DNA of 64,000 nt from Harriotta raleighana. Lineage: Eukaryota. The first letter of the stretch is position 1, and each line of letters starts with the position of its first letter. Below, piece by piece: positions 61,951 to 64,000 of the stretch. The translations under genes were made by a program, and so were the position numbers. The stretch covers positions 5,853,456 to 5,917,455 of the forward strand of contig JBNZDD010013693.1 in assembly GCA_050575255.1 (NCBI GenBank), read 5' to 3'. The notes under the pieces were generated by a model. It ran no database searches. It was not told the DNA's origin and was given only the letters and a program-made list of their open reading frames with translations.

Positions 61951-62419
61951 TTTCCGCAGTTTTTAGCAACATATGGCTTTGGCTGCTCAGGGAATCAGCA
62001 TGTGAAATGCAGCAAGCACATGGTTTGGCACCAAGTTTTTAACACCAAATGGGGTTGTACGAGTCTGCATTTACACATCAGTATTCTTTCAACTTTCCAA
62101 CATGCCCTTTTTTTTTGCCAGCTCTCCCTCTTGTTCTCCCAGCGAAAAGCAACACATCTGCACATTATTGTGCAGCATAGCCGAGTGTGCTTCCAGATAA
62201 CTGATCCAATCCAATCAATAATGCTTCCCGCATCCAAAAGATCTCTCACAGTGCTGTACGCAGCTGACTAGAAAGCCCAGCTTGGGGAGTGGGGTCGGGG
62301 ATGGGATAGAAAGATGGCCAAGAGCAGTTGGAGGTAATTAAGTGTTGACCGGTCGAATGGTTCCTTATACAATATCCAGCAAGATAACAGTGAGACAGAA
62401 GACAATAGAGTTGAGAGAT

Positions 62420-63410
62420 TTACGTTCAACGTGGGGCAATGTTGTGTGCAAATTGGCCGTCGTGTTCCCTGAAAAAATATACAGTTACTACAATTAACAG
62501 TAAATTCTGTGGACCTGCTCTGCGATGTCTTGATGCCATGGTAAAGCTATGTCAAGTGCAAGAATAATATCATGTCTCCGAGACATCTCAAAACGCTTCA
62601 CAGAATATATACGCAATGTATTTTGTGGACGAAACGTGAAAGCCAATTATCCCGCAAACAATCATGGATTGAGTGACCAAATTATTATTATTTTCAAAAG
62701 AATTATTACCCCCAGAAAAGGGGTAAGCCAAGCGACTAACAACCGGGTTCCTACCTACTGCGAGGTAAACAGAGATGTACAGAGTAAGGAAACTTGTCTA
62801 AGGTTTTGGGCTGTCCAGGAATTGAACCAGGGTACTCACGCTCGCAGGGCGAGCACGCAAAGCACTGTGACACAGGCCTGCACTGTTTGAATGACATATT
62901 GCACTGTGAGTGTAAGGGCTTCCCCCTACTTTCTGGTGCCATTCACATCAGACCCGCAGGATTGGCCCAATGTTTCAGCTCACCAGCTTGCCAAGACTGC
63001 ACCCCACAACCATAGCTCAGAGATTTATAAATGCTTATTGAATGCCCTTGCTTCTCTTCTCCTGTCGATTCCCCACTCCCCCAATACCACCCAACTCCCA
63101 TCGCTCTCATCGCTCCAATCACTCCCCCCACCCCCTAGGTCCATGCCCTAGCTGATCTACCAGTAAGTAGGAATTGGGTTGAAAGTTAATAGGTGGATCG
63201 CTTTTCTGGGGAATATTCCCTTCAAAAAAGTATATACATATAAAACTATAATTTGTTCACTCAATCCACAGCTGTTTGTGGGGTTTTGCTGCCATATTTC
63301 GCCCACAAAATATATGGTCCATTCCCTTTGTAGTGTATTCTGTGAAGTGCTTTGAGGCGTCCCAAAGACGTGATAAGGCACTATTATCAAATACAAAGAT
63401 TATTCTCAGT
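62420..63410. mobile_element. SINE cluster: + tail (~62420-62570), - family B (~62570-62880), + family B (~63155-63410)
   Basis: Shared head, central and tail motifs in alternating orientation. Confidence 0.75.
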
Positions 63411-64000
63411 ATTATTAGCAGCAAGCTACTTGATGAATGCTGTGTGCAGTTAAAAAAAAATCCTCTGCACAAGGAACTGCTACAGCATTACATCGAGCGC
63501 AAATCAGAACCAGACATGTCTTTATTCTGCAAACGCTAAGCTACCGGAATTTCATTGCCCTCCCCCCCCCCACCCACCCACCCCTCCCCCCCGCTGCCTC
63601 TCGGTACACTGTGGACCTCTAAGGGTCAATTCTGTCTGCTCCTGTGCTGAAAGTGTCACTTAATTTACACGTCATTTTATGGTCAGCTACATAATAGCGT
63701 ATGTGTGTAAAATAACCACAGAGGCAACCCGGTCATAAAGAACAAGCTGCAGCTGTTTCCTGCACTGGGCAAGAGAGTTAAGGAACAAGAGGCACAGTGG
63801 GAATGGGATTGGCCAGATTATCCCACTTGAAAGGCAAAATGCACGTGGACCAAAATCATTTTCTCAGCAGGGGAGAGAGAAAATGCAGTTGCTAATTTTC
63901 ATATTATGGGCAAGGGTAAGTTTCCTGCAGTCATAAATATTTCCAGGCATCTAATTGCGCTCAGAAAACGCAATGACATGTGCAACTAACAGTCGTCCAC

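Noticed and set aside
11-63410. Recurring ~60-170 bp motif as a CRISPR-like or regulatory array
   Set aside because: Copies are dispersed, irregularly spaced, diverged and 5'-truncated with microsatellite tails, i.e. retroposon ends in a eukaryote.
287-63622. Most short ORFs in the six-frame track
   Set aside because: They are repeat-derived or chance frames with no recognisable protein similarity. Only NAV1 exons and LINE fragments are supported.

Overview
Vertebrate genomic DNA, most likely a cartilaginous fish (inferred from the SacSINE1/DeuSINE-like SINEs, shark-type CR1 tails and Penelope-derived remnants). The window lies inside one minus-strand gene, neuron navigator 1 (NAV1, a microtubule +TIP with a C-terminal AAA ATPase). 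I traced 24 coding exons by hand from 59044 down to 3267. All are flanked by GT-AG sites with matching phases, giving 3821 nt (~1270 aa) and including a 24-nt and a 9-nt microexon. The 5' exons and the stop-codon exon appear to lie outside the window. The introns are dense in two tRNA-headed SINE families sharing an L2-type 3' tail, L2 3' fragments, one ~2.2 kb CR1 remnant, three copies of a TA-flanked MITE and three Penelope-type remnants with degenerate hammerhead-ribozyme cores. Four single-N joins have duplicated flanks that look like assembly/haplotype artefacts. I see no clear evidence of a wholly new biological system. The best leads are candidate unannotated cassette/poison exons, neural microexon motifs, a strong sense-strand bias of retroelements, inverted SINE pairs around an exon, and a probable heterozygous insertion. 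Repeat boundaries and family names are by-eye estimates from memory of consensus sequences, not database hits.
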